NCBI GenBank assembly: GCA_964643665.1
Contig: CAZXTK010000002.1
Span: 2,000-37,754, forward strand
Direction: 5' to 3'
Length of the DNA stretch: 35,755 bases
DNA from: an uncultured Campylobacterales bacterium
GTDB taxonomy: Bacteria > Campylobacterota > Campylobacteria > Campylobacterales > CAZXTK01
In this document: in pieces, positions 28,623 through 35,755 of the stretch
Layout: each line of letters begins with the position of its first letter
Position numbering within the stretch: the first letter of the stretch is position 1
Program-made: the position numbers and the translations under genes
The notes under the pieces: model-generated
The model's database searches: none
The model's input: only the letters and a program-made list of their open reading frames with translations
What the model was told of the DNA's origin: nothing

Positions 28623-29105
28623 ATGTTTTTTAAAAAATTAGATATCGCGGTAGCCAACATAACGGCAGTTTTATTATTGCTTATGATGGCTAATGTGTTT
28701 ATTGATGTAGTGCTTAGATATTTTTTTAATATAGGCATAATTGCATCTCAAGAGATGGAGTGGCATTTGTTTGCTACTATGTTTTTGCTTGGTATCTCAT
28801 ATTCTCTAAGCAGTCAATCTCATGTTAGGGTTGATTTTATTTATGAGAGATTTAGCAAAAAAAGAAAGTCTATTATAGATATATTTGGCACAATTTTTAT
28901 GCTTATTCCTTTTTCATTGCTTATCATATACGGCTCCTATGAGTTTGTTATGGATTCATATACAACAAATGAGATTAGTCAAGACCCAGGTGGGCTAAGC
29001 CATAGATGGGCAATAAAGGCTATGATACCACTTGCTTTTGTGTTACTTATAATCACTTCTATTGGCTATATTATTAAAAACTCAAACACCTTAAAGGCTA
29101 AATAA
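28623..29105 (+). CDS. TRAP transporter small permease subunit (DctQ-like)
   Basis: Four TM helices, RYFFN...QEMEWHLF motif, position between the binding protein and the large permease. I chose ATG 28623 over TTG 28593, which overlaps the upstream gene. Confidence 0.75.
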   Translation: MFFKKLDIAVANITAVLLLLMMANVFIDVVLRYFFNIGIIASQEMEWHLFATMFLLGISYSLSSQSHVRVDFIYERFSKKRKSIIDIFGTIFMLIPFSLLIIYGSYEFVMDSYTTNEISQDPGGLSHRWAIKAMIPLAFVLLIITSIGYIIKNSNTLKAK

Positions 29106-30436
29106 TGATAGGTATCTATATGTTTGGGTTTGCTTTTTTAGCTCTTTTGCTTGGCTACCCTGTGGCATTTTCTTTTGCATTTGTGTCTATTATTTTTGGG
29201 GCAATTAGTGCGTATTTTGAGATAATCCCAGATGGTGGCACATTGCTTGATTTTTATGATGAGTTTATTTCTATGTTTTCTATGATGCCGTTTAGAATTT
29301 ATTCTATAATGACAAACAAAATATTACTTGCTGTGCCCTTGTTTATATTTATGGGGATAGTGTTGCAAAAATCAAAATTAGCCGAGCGATTATTGCAAGC
29401 TATGGGCGAGATGTTTGGCAATATTCGTGGAGGTGTGGCAATATCTACCATAATAGTGGGTGTTATGCTTGGGGCATCTACCGGAGTTGTTGGTGCGAGT
29501 GTTGTAGCTATGGGCGTTATTGCCTTGCCTGTCATGCTAAAATACAAATACAACAAACCACTTGCATGTGGTAGTATTTGTGCTAGTGGGACTTTGGGGC
29601 AGATTATTCCGCCTTCTATTATTCTTATTATTTTAGCTGATGTGTTTGGTGTGAGTGTTGGAGATTTGTTTAAAGCTGCACTTGCTCCATCTATGGTGTT
29701 AGTTGGCGGATATATTGCATACATTCTTATTGCTTCGTTTCTAAAACCAGATATAGCACCTGCAATTGTTGATGAATCTAATCAAGACAAAAAAGAGCGT
29801 ATATTAAAAGCACTAAAAGCCATAATACCTCCATTTATTCTTATTTTTATAGTTTTAGGCTCAATATTTGCAGGTATTGCAACACCGACAGAGTCTGCAT
29901 CTGTGGGTGCTATTGGTGCACTTTTGTTGGCAAAATTTTACAATGAATTTAGCATCAAACTAATGATGGATAGCGCTAAAGATAGTGTGAGAATTACTTC
30001 TATGGTATTTGCTATTTTAATAGGTGCTACTGCATTTTCTATGGTGTTTGTTTATACTGGGGCAGATGAGATTGTTGAGAAGTTTATGACAAGCCTACCA
30101 GGAGAAAAATGGGGTTTTATACTTCTTAGTATGCTTATTATCTTTGTTTTGGGCTTTTTTATAGACTTTATAGAAATATCATATATTGTAGTTCCAATAC
30201 TTCTTCCAATATCACAAGCTATTGGCATAGATCCTATTTGGTTTGCTATTTTAATAGCTATGAATTTGCAATCTTCTTTTTTGACACCACCATTTGGGTT
30301 TAGCTTGTTTTATCTAAAAGGGGTTGCTTCATATATTAGCACCATAGATATCTACAAAGGCGTTGTGCCATTTATTATCATACAAGTTCTTGTGTTGGCT
30401 TCTATTGTTATTTTCCCACATTTTTATGGGTTTTAG
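29105..30436 (+). CDS. TRAP transporter large permease subunit (DctM-like)
   Basis: 443-aa polytopic protein with GTLGQIIPPSI, ATPTESASVGA and LTPPFGF motifs. The ATG overlaps the upstream stop (TAATGA). Confidence 0.9.
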   Translation: MIGIYMFGFAFLALLLGYPVAFSFAFVSIIFGAISAYFEIIPDGGTLLDFYDEFISMFSMMPFRIYSIMTNKILLAVPLFIFMGIVLQKSKLAERLLQAMGEMFGNIRGGVAISTIIVGVMLGASTGVVGASVVAMGVIALPVMLKYKYNKPLACGSICASGTLGQIIPPSIILIILADVFGVSVGDLFKAALAPSMVLVGGYIAYILIASFLKPDIAPAIVDESNQDKKERILKALKAIIPPFILIFIVLGSIFAGIATPTESASVGAIGALLLAKFYNEFSIKLMMDSAKDSVRITSMVFAILIGATAFSMVFVYTGADEIVEKFMTSLPGEKWGFILLSMLIIFVLGFFIDFIEISYIVVPILLPISQAIGIDPIWFAILIAMNLQSSFLTPPFGFSLFYLKGVASYISTIDIYKGVVPFIIIQVLVLASIVIFPHFYGF

Positions 30437-30456
30437 CATATAGTTTTTTTTGATAG

Positions 30457-32751
30457 TTAGTCTTTTTTACTAAGCAAATCATCTATAATGGTATGTCGTA
30501 TAGTGGTGTTTAGCTTTTTGCATCCACTCTTAAACGCCTCTACCTCGCCTACAACATAGCACATCTTTTTTGCTCTTGTGATTGCTGTGTATAAAAGTTT
30601 GGTATTATGCATAATATAATGGCTAAAACTCATAGGCAAAAGCGCACAATCATACTCCATTCCTTGGGTTTTGTGAATAGTTAGTGCATATGCTAATGAG
30701 AGCAAAATATCCAAATCATCAAAATGATAATACACTATCAAATTATCATTAGGATACAACACTATACATTGCTCATCTGTGGCATTTATTTTTACAATAA
30801 GCCCTAACTGCCCGTTAAATATTCGTTTTTTGCTAAATTTTTCACTCCCATTTTTATACTCATCTATGCTTTGACATTGCATATTTTCGTTTTTGATATG
30901 AATAACTTTATCGCTCACTCCATATTTATATGTTCTTGCGCTATGATAGTTTTTTCTATCGTTAAAAACTTTTTGTAATTGTTTGTTTAGGTTTTCGCTG
31001 CCCAAAATACCCATTTTGATAGGCGTAATAACCTGAAAACTCCTAAGGGCTTTGTCTATTTTCTTGTTTTTTAGATTTTCATCTACCTTTTGTTTATATT
31101 CTTTGCTTATTTTTAAAATATGCTCCAAAATATCTTCATTGTTCTTGTGAGATAGTGCCTTAAATTCATTTGGATCTATGGTGTTTTTTACCTTATAATA
31201 GTTTTTTATGCTCACATCTACAAAATTAAAATCCTCATATTGAGCACTCTCATCACCCAAACAATCAGGCACTTTACCTTTTCGTATGTCGTTTGCTATC
31301 ACAGCTATTGCTTGTTTTTCGCTTTGTCTATGTAGGGTTTCTAATTTACACATAGGTGCTAAGTCGTGCTTTATACAATCTCGCAAAACATCACCCGCAC
31401 CAATAGCTGGTAATTGCCCATCATCACCAACAATAATAAAAACACAATCATCGCTAAGTTTGCTAATTATCTGATGAAACATAACACTATTTACCATAGA
31501 TGCTTCATCTAATAATATAACTTTATAATCAAATGTTTCGCTCTGCTCATTTGCTATAAGAAGCGATTGAATAGTAAATGCTCTATATCCGGTGGTTTCG
31601 TTTATTCTCTGACTTGCAATACCACTAAGAGCAATAACACAAATATCATCATAATCAAACTTCTCATGCAATAAATCTAGCAATGCTTTTGATGATGTGC
31701 TTTTTCCTGTTCCCGCATACCCTATAAGCAAAAGAACATTCACGCCATCATTTATCAGCCTAACTGCTTTTTTTTGGTCCTCATCAAGCAAAAAGCCCAA
31801 TTGCTTTTCTTTGTTTTGGATGTATTTTTCTATATCATTTACTATTTTTGAGCCACTAATCTTGCTACTTCGGTGTTTAAAAAATTCAAGTATCCTACTC
31901 TCGCAGTTATAATACATAGCCAAAGCATATCTCTCATATGAGGTTTCATATATCTCACTATTTGCTATTGCTTTTATCAAGCTTTGCTCATAAATGCTAT
32001 CTTTTGAGTTTTTTTCGCATTTTAGCTCTTCATCTAATTTTGCATACAGTAGATTTTTAGATACAGATGATGAGCCTTCGTTTTCGCTAATGTATTTGAG
32101 CACATAATTCATACAAGCTTTTATTCTAAAATCGCTAAATTCTTCTATGCCAATGGCAAGCGCTATCTCGTCTGCTTTTTTAAACGCCACACCCCTTATA
32201 TTCATAAGCACATAAGGGTTTTGTTTAATATCGTCTATTTTTAGATTTGCTTGGCTAATAAACTCATATATCTTGCTTATCAAAAACTTGCTAACCCCAA
32301 ATTTAGCCAAAAATGAGCCTATCTCTTTTAAATGCTTATGCTCATCCCACGATTTTTTTATCATCAAAAGCTTTTTTTCTTTTATGCCTTTTAGTTTGAG
32401 TAGCTCTTTTGGGTTTGGTTTGTCTAATATATCTGCAAGTTTATCTCCATAAGTGTCTATCAAAATATTCGCATTTGCTTTTGAAATGCCTTTTACTATC
32501 TTGTTTAAAAAAAACACCATCTCGTTTTGGCTAATGTTTAGCTCATAAAACTCAAATTGCTTGCCATATTTTTGGTGCCTTACCCATTTGCCACTAATGC
32601 TTACTTCCTCTCCAACCAAGCTTTTGGCATCTAATGAGCAATTACCACATATGATAGTATCGTCATTCAAACAAGCAATAACAAAATTATCGCCACTAAA
32701 TATTATTCTTTTTACAACACCATTTAATGAAATGCTTTGTTCATCTTGCAT
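30457..32751 (-). CDS. recD2: RecD2-type (YrrC-like) SF1B ATP-dependent DNA helicase
   Basis: N-terminal OB-like and helix-hairpin-helix region (LKLKGIKEKK, NIRGVAFKKADEIA), Walker A GYAGTGKST, Walker B LLDEASMV, GDDGQLPAIGAGDV, AYALTIHKTQGMEYD. Confidence 0.85.
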   Translation of the reverse strand: MQDEQSISLNGVVKRIIFSGDNFVIACLNDDTIICGNCSLDAKSLVGEEVSISGKWVRHQKYGKQFEFYELNISQNEMVFFLNKIVKGISKANANILIDTYGDKLADILDKPNPKELLKLKGIKEKKLLMIKKSWDEHKHLKEIGSFLAKFGVSKFLISKIYEFISQANLKIDDIKQNPYVLMNIRGVAFKKADEIALAIGIEEFSDFRIKACMNYVLKYISENEGSSSVSKNLLYAKLDEELKCEKNSKDSIYEQSLIKAIANSEIYETSYERYALAMYYNCESRILEFFKHRSSKISGSKIVNDIEKYIQNKEKQLGFLLDEDQKKAVRLINDGVNVLLLIGYAGTGKSTSSKALLDLLHEKFDYDDICVIALSGIASQRINETTGYRAFTIQSLLIANEQSETFDYKVILLDEASMVNSVMFHQIISKLSDDCVFIIVGDDGQLPAIGAGDVLRDCIKHDLAPMCKLETLHRQSEKQAIAVIANDIRKGKVPDCLGDESAQYEDFNFVDVSIKNYYKVKNTIDPNEFKALSHKNNEDILEHILKISKEYKQKVDENLKNKKIDKALRSFQVITPIKMGILGSENLNKQLQKVFNDRKNYHSARTYKYGVSDKVIHIKNENMQCQSIDEYKNGSEKFSKKRIFNGQLGLIVKINATDEQCIVLYPNDNLIVYYHFDDLDILLSLAYALTIHKTQGMEYDCALLPMSFSHYIMHNTKLLYTAITRAKKMCYVVGEVEAFKSGCKKLNTTIRHTIIDDLLSKKD

Positions 32752-32774
32752 ATATTACACCAAGTGCATAAAGA

Positions 32775-33839
32775 CTATGCAAAAATCCAAACCAAAGTGA
32801 TACTTATTTGTATGCAAAAAACAACACTAGCTAACGCCAGTGCTTTTAGTGCGTTATCTTTTATACTATTAAAATGAATGCCAAGAGCTAATGCACTCAT
32901 TGCAAAAACCAAAGCAAAATGAGAAATATTAGATATCGTATCAACCGCTTGTTTGGGCAAAACCTCAAACGAGCTAATCGCAGAAAAGATGATAAAAAAG
33001 ATTATAAAAGTAGGCACGGACACATTGTTTGAAGTATTATTTGCACTATTTACTTGTTTATTTTTGGCATTTGCATAAGCCACAATAAAAACAATCAACA
33101 AAACCAAAGGGGTTAGCATAAGCACCCTACCCATTTTTACAGTAGTAGCTAACACCCCTACTTCATCATTTACACTAAAACCTGCACCACTTGCTTGACC
33201 AACTGCTTGGATAGTGTTACCTATTACAACTGCCGCGTTTAAATCACTAAAAGTTACACCAAATAATAGCTCACTTATATGATTGCTAAGCAACACAGGA
33301 AAGGCAAACAAGGCAATAACACCTAAAAAATTAACAACAGCTATGCTTGTTGCCACATCTTGTTCTTTTGCTTTTATGATAGGCGATATGGCACTTATTG
33401 CAGCACTTCCGCACACCCCGTTGCCCACACCCAAAAGAACTGATAGATGGCTATCTATTTTAAATAGTTTTGCTAATAATATAGTAGAGATGATAGCTAC
33501 TGCCATAGTAAAAATTATTATAAAAATAAGGCTAAAACCAAGCTGTGAGATAACACCAAAGTTTAGGTTGATACCCATAAGAGCGATAGAAAACCCAAGA
33601 ATGGTGGTAGAGGCGTATTTAAGACCTTTTTTATATTCGTCTTTTATTGTGCAGATGTTTGTTAGGCAAATGCCCAAAATGATACAAATAGCCACTGCCC
33701 CCAATGGGATAATGTAGCTAAGAGCATAAGAAATTGAGAGTATTAAAAATGTTAGCAAAAAACCTTTTGCATAGTCTTTTGGTTTGAAAAATGGCTCAAA
33801 TAATGCGCTTGATAAAAAATTCATACGGCATTTTAGCAT
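32775..33839 (-). CDS. YeiH/UPF0324 family membrane protein (putative sulfate exporter family transporter)
   Basis: About 10 TM helices with LLGVGNGVCGSAAISA and VKMGRVLML motifs. Start is either ATG 33839 or ATG 33824. Confidence 0.75.
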   Translation of the reverse strand: MLKCRMNFLSSALFEPFFKPKDYAKGFLLTFLILSISYALSYIIPLGAVAICIILGICLTNICTIKDEYKKGLKYASTTILGFSIALMGINLNFGVISQLGFSLIFIIIFTMAVAIISTILLAKLFKIDSHLSVLLGVGNGVCGSAAISAISPIIKAKEQDVATSIAVVNFLGVIALFAFPVLLSNHISELLFGVTFSDLNAAVVIGNTIQAVGQASGAGFSVNDEVGVLATTVKMGRVLMLTPLVLLIVFIVAYANAKNKQVNSANNTSNNVSVPTFIIFFIIFSAISSFEVLPKQAVDTISNISHFALVFAMSALALGIHFNSIKDNALKALALASVVFCIQISITLVWIFA

Positions 33840-33903
33840 AGATTTATTGATGATGGGGTGTAAGATAATAGATTATAAATAATATGCTAAAATATCATTG
33901 TTT

Positions 33904-33979
33904 GGGGTGTTAGCTCAGCTGGGAGAGCGCTACGCTGGCAGCGTAGAGGTCATCGGTTCGAACCCGATACGCTCCACCA
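33904..33979 (+). tRNA. tRNA-Ala (anticodon GGC)
   Basis: Cloverleaf folded by hand: acceptor GGGGTGT/ACGCTCC with the G3:U70 alanine identity pair, D arm GCTC/GAGC, anticodon stem CTACG/CGTAG with loop CTGGCAG, T arm ATCGG-TTCGAAC-CCGAT, encoded CCA. Confidence 0.93.
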
Positions 33980-34174
33980 AACAACAATCTAATATAATCC
34001 AATCAATAAACAAAACTCACTAATTACTTCCACTACACCTTGGGTATATTGCTTCTAATAGCACATTAAAAGCATAATTTAATTTGTAAAAATCATATAT
34101 ATGGCTGGTTAAATTCAAATAAACAATATGCAGTTTTGCTATCATTTTACACACCAAAACAAAAAGGAGCAAAA

Positions 34175-34567
34175 ATGTATAAAGGTAGTTGTTTATGTGG
34201 CAAAGTGCAATTTGAAATAACAAGCGAAATAAAAGACATAGTTCATTGTCATTGCTCTAATTGCAGAAAGGCGCAAGGTAGCGCGTTTGCAACCAATGGT
34301 AATGTAGAGAAAGATGGCTTTAAATTTGTTTGCGGTGAAGATGAGCTAACAGGGTATCAGTCATCTTCGCAGAGAACAAAATATTTTTGCAAACATTGTG
34401 GATCGCCTATTATGAGCAAAAACACACTTGCCCCAAACATTGTGAGAATTAGGCTTGGGAGTCTTGAGGGAGATATACAAGAAAAGCCAAAGGCACATAT
34501 TTTTGTAGCATCAAAAGCAAACTGGGAAGAAATAAACGACAACTTAGCGAAATATGACAAATGCTAA
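34175..34567 (+). CDS. GFA (glutathione-dependent formaldehyde-activating / CENP-V) family protein
   Basis: Zinc-cysteine pattern GSCLCGKV...HCHCSNCRKAQGSAF...CKHCGSPI. I chose ATG 34175 with an AAGGAG SD over the track start at 34136. Confidence 0.8.
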   Translation: MYKGSCLCGKVQFEITSEIKDIVHCHCSNCRKAQGSAFATNGNVEKDGFKFVCGEDELTGYQSSSQRTKYFCKHCGSPIMSKNTLAPNIVRIRLGSLEGDIQEKPKAHIFVASKANWEEINDNLAKYDKC

Positions 34568-34633
34568 CTAATCGAATTTGCATTTTATTTTCAATTATGG
34601 AATAATTCATCTATCACAAACTAAGGATTAATT

Positions 34634-34882
34634 ATGAAAATTTTATTATCACTATTTTTAAGTGTTGCATTTTTGTTTGCATCTGTGGATATAAACAATG
34701 CATCAGCCAAAGAGTTCTCGTCTCTAAAAGGCATTGGTATGAAAAAAGCACAAGCTATTGTTGAATACAGAAAGTCTATCAAATGCTTCAAAAGCATAGA
34801 TGAGCTTACAAAAGTAAAAGGCATAGGCAAATCAACTATATCTAAAAATAAAGCCAATCTAAAACTTGGCAAGTGCAAATAG
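34634..34882 (+). CDS. comEA: ComEA-family exported helix-hairpin-helix DNA-binding protein
   Basis: Signal peptide MKILLSLFLSVAFLFA, then INNASAKEFSSLKGIGMKKAQAIVEYR and ELTKVKGIGKSTISKN HhH motifs; 82 aa. AAGGA SD. Confidence 0.8.
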   Translation: MKILLSLFLSVAFLFASVDINNASAKEFSSLKGIGMKKAQAIVEYRKSIKCFKSIDELTKVKGIGKSTISKNKANLKLGKCK

Positions 34883-34947
34883 GCTTATTTTAATTTATTT
34901 TGGCTTATTCGTGCCAAAAAGCATAGAATAAACTCCGCTGTATAGTT

Positions 34948-35436
34948 CTAATTTATATATAGTATATTATTGCTGTATTTTTTTATGATATTTGCTCTTT
35001 TGCTCTTTGTCGGTATAGGCATTTGTATATTCATATCAAATCTTCTTACTATTGCATTATCAATACGTTGAATATTGTTTGTTATCCATATAGTAGGTAT
35101 AGTGTTGGTTTTTAATATTCTATTTATCCATGCCTTGTTTTTTTGTTTGCCTATCTTGGTATATTTCTCTTTTAGCTCTCTTAACACTTCGCTTCTTTTA
35201 AAATCATCTTTGTCCATAATGGTGTATTCTTCTAACCCCAAATACGAAGCAACTTGTTCATTGTCAAAATAATTGTCGTGATCTAAAAACTTTTTTTCGG
35301 TTTTTAGTTTAAATATGATTCGCGATATCCATAATGATATTTTATCTTGAAGGTCTTTTTCTACAATTTGGTCTTTAGTACAAATATTTTGATTTGACCT
35401 TCTTGATGATCTTCTTATTCTTCTTCTTATACACAA
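34948..35436 (-). pseudogene. remnant of an AAA+ ATPase gene (sensor-1 / arginine-finger segment only; Walker A and B absent)
   Basis: IPTIWITNNIQRIDNAIVRRFDMNIQMPIPTKSKRANII matches the TN...iD.A..RRF...P...R..I block of AAA+ cores, but no GxxGxGK(T/S) or hhhhDE lies upstream. TTG start abuts AGGAG with no spacer. The 162-aa ORF ends prematurely. Confidence 0.5.
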
Positions 35437-35755
35437 CTCCTGTTTAGTGATGATAAAAGTATAATATGCTAATTAGACAGCTTTATGTCCGCTTATGGGT
35501 TTTGTTTAAAAACCTATGGGAAATATACAACACACTAATGCTAAAACAATGTCATAAATCAGAGCAGAACATAATATTGAGCATAAACTAAGTTTAGACA
35601 TTCTTGGACAAATGGATGAGTAGAGATAATGAATATGGCTCTTAAAGGTAATACAACTAACTTTACATTATGACAATTAGATATACTAAAAAACATATAG
35701 TGAGCTTTTTACTTCTTTATAATTATCAAAAGAAACTCAAAGCTTTAAAGTATTC

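Noticed and set aside
30457-32751. RecD-like helicase as part of an anti-phage defence module.
   Set aside because: It has the canonical full-length RecD2/YrrC architecture. It has no adjacent nuclease, methylase or other partner, and is flanked by a TRAP operon and a YeiH transporter. It is most simply a housekeeping repair or replication helicase.
33904-34900. tRNA-Ala as the attachment site of a genomic island covering the GFA and comEA genes.
   Set aside because: Reading by eye, I found no repeat of the tRNA 3-prime end downstream within the window, and no integrase. GFA and ComEA look like ordinary chromosomal genes. Only the AAA+ remnant further right looks degraded.
34898-34919. Hairpin TTTTGGC-N8-GCCAAAA between the convergent comEA and AAA+ remnant, considered as a terminator. 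Also the weak GGTTTT-N5-AAAACC hairpin at 35498-35514.
   Set aside because: The stems are short and mostly A/T, with only a 3-bp GC core and no clear downstream U-tract on either strand. That is too weak to annotate.
1-35755. CRISPR arrays, IS elements or transposases, prophage genes, rRNA, and tmRNA, RNase P or SRP RNA signatures.
   Set aside because: I noticed no regularly spaced direct repeats, no transposase or integrase-like ORFs, and no hallmark RNA motifs (for example GAGGAAAGTCC for RNase P) in the intergenic regions.

Overview
This is a low-GC chromosomal segment. Gene content and order suggest a member of the Campylobacterota: a futalosine-pathway radical SAM gene next to bamA, a detached atpE, the ndk-DUF177-rpmF-plsX-fabH cluster, and a small exported ComEA. 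I support 38 coding regions (one truncated by the left window edge), one AAA+ ATPase pseudogene remnant and one tRNA-Ala(GGC). One of the coding regions, rpmF, is below the ORF-track cutoff. Almost everything is core housekeeping arranged in tightly packed co-directional arrays. These cover thiamine and isoprenoid biosynthesis (thiG, dxr, ispE), the envelope (cdsA, bamA, lspA, plsX, fabH, two small beta-barrel OMPs) and translation (tsaD, gltX, truB, rpmF, a SUI1-like protein). The rest are hemL, tyrA, ndk, clpB, a TRAP transporter operon and a RecD2-type helicase. I saw no CRISPR array, IS or transposase, integrase, restriction module or recognisable toxin-antitoxin or defence module, and I cannot point to a convincing novel multi-gene system. 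The accessory-looking parts are the two window edges. On the left, an orphan ORF is followed by a 640-bp non-coding spacer. On the right, the AAA+ remnant is followed by 320 bp of non-coding DNA downstream of the tRNA. Smaller oddities are an exported WD40 propeller with an unassigned C-terminal domain and an AtpZ-like plus lysine-rich membrane protein pair upstream of the solitary atpE. Others are an M16 peptidase homologue lacking HxxEH beside bamA, a perfect 17-bp palindrome in a divergent promoter, and a TRAP binding-protein gene with no well-supported start codon. All functional calls rest on motif recognition by eye; no searches were run.
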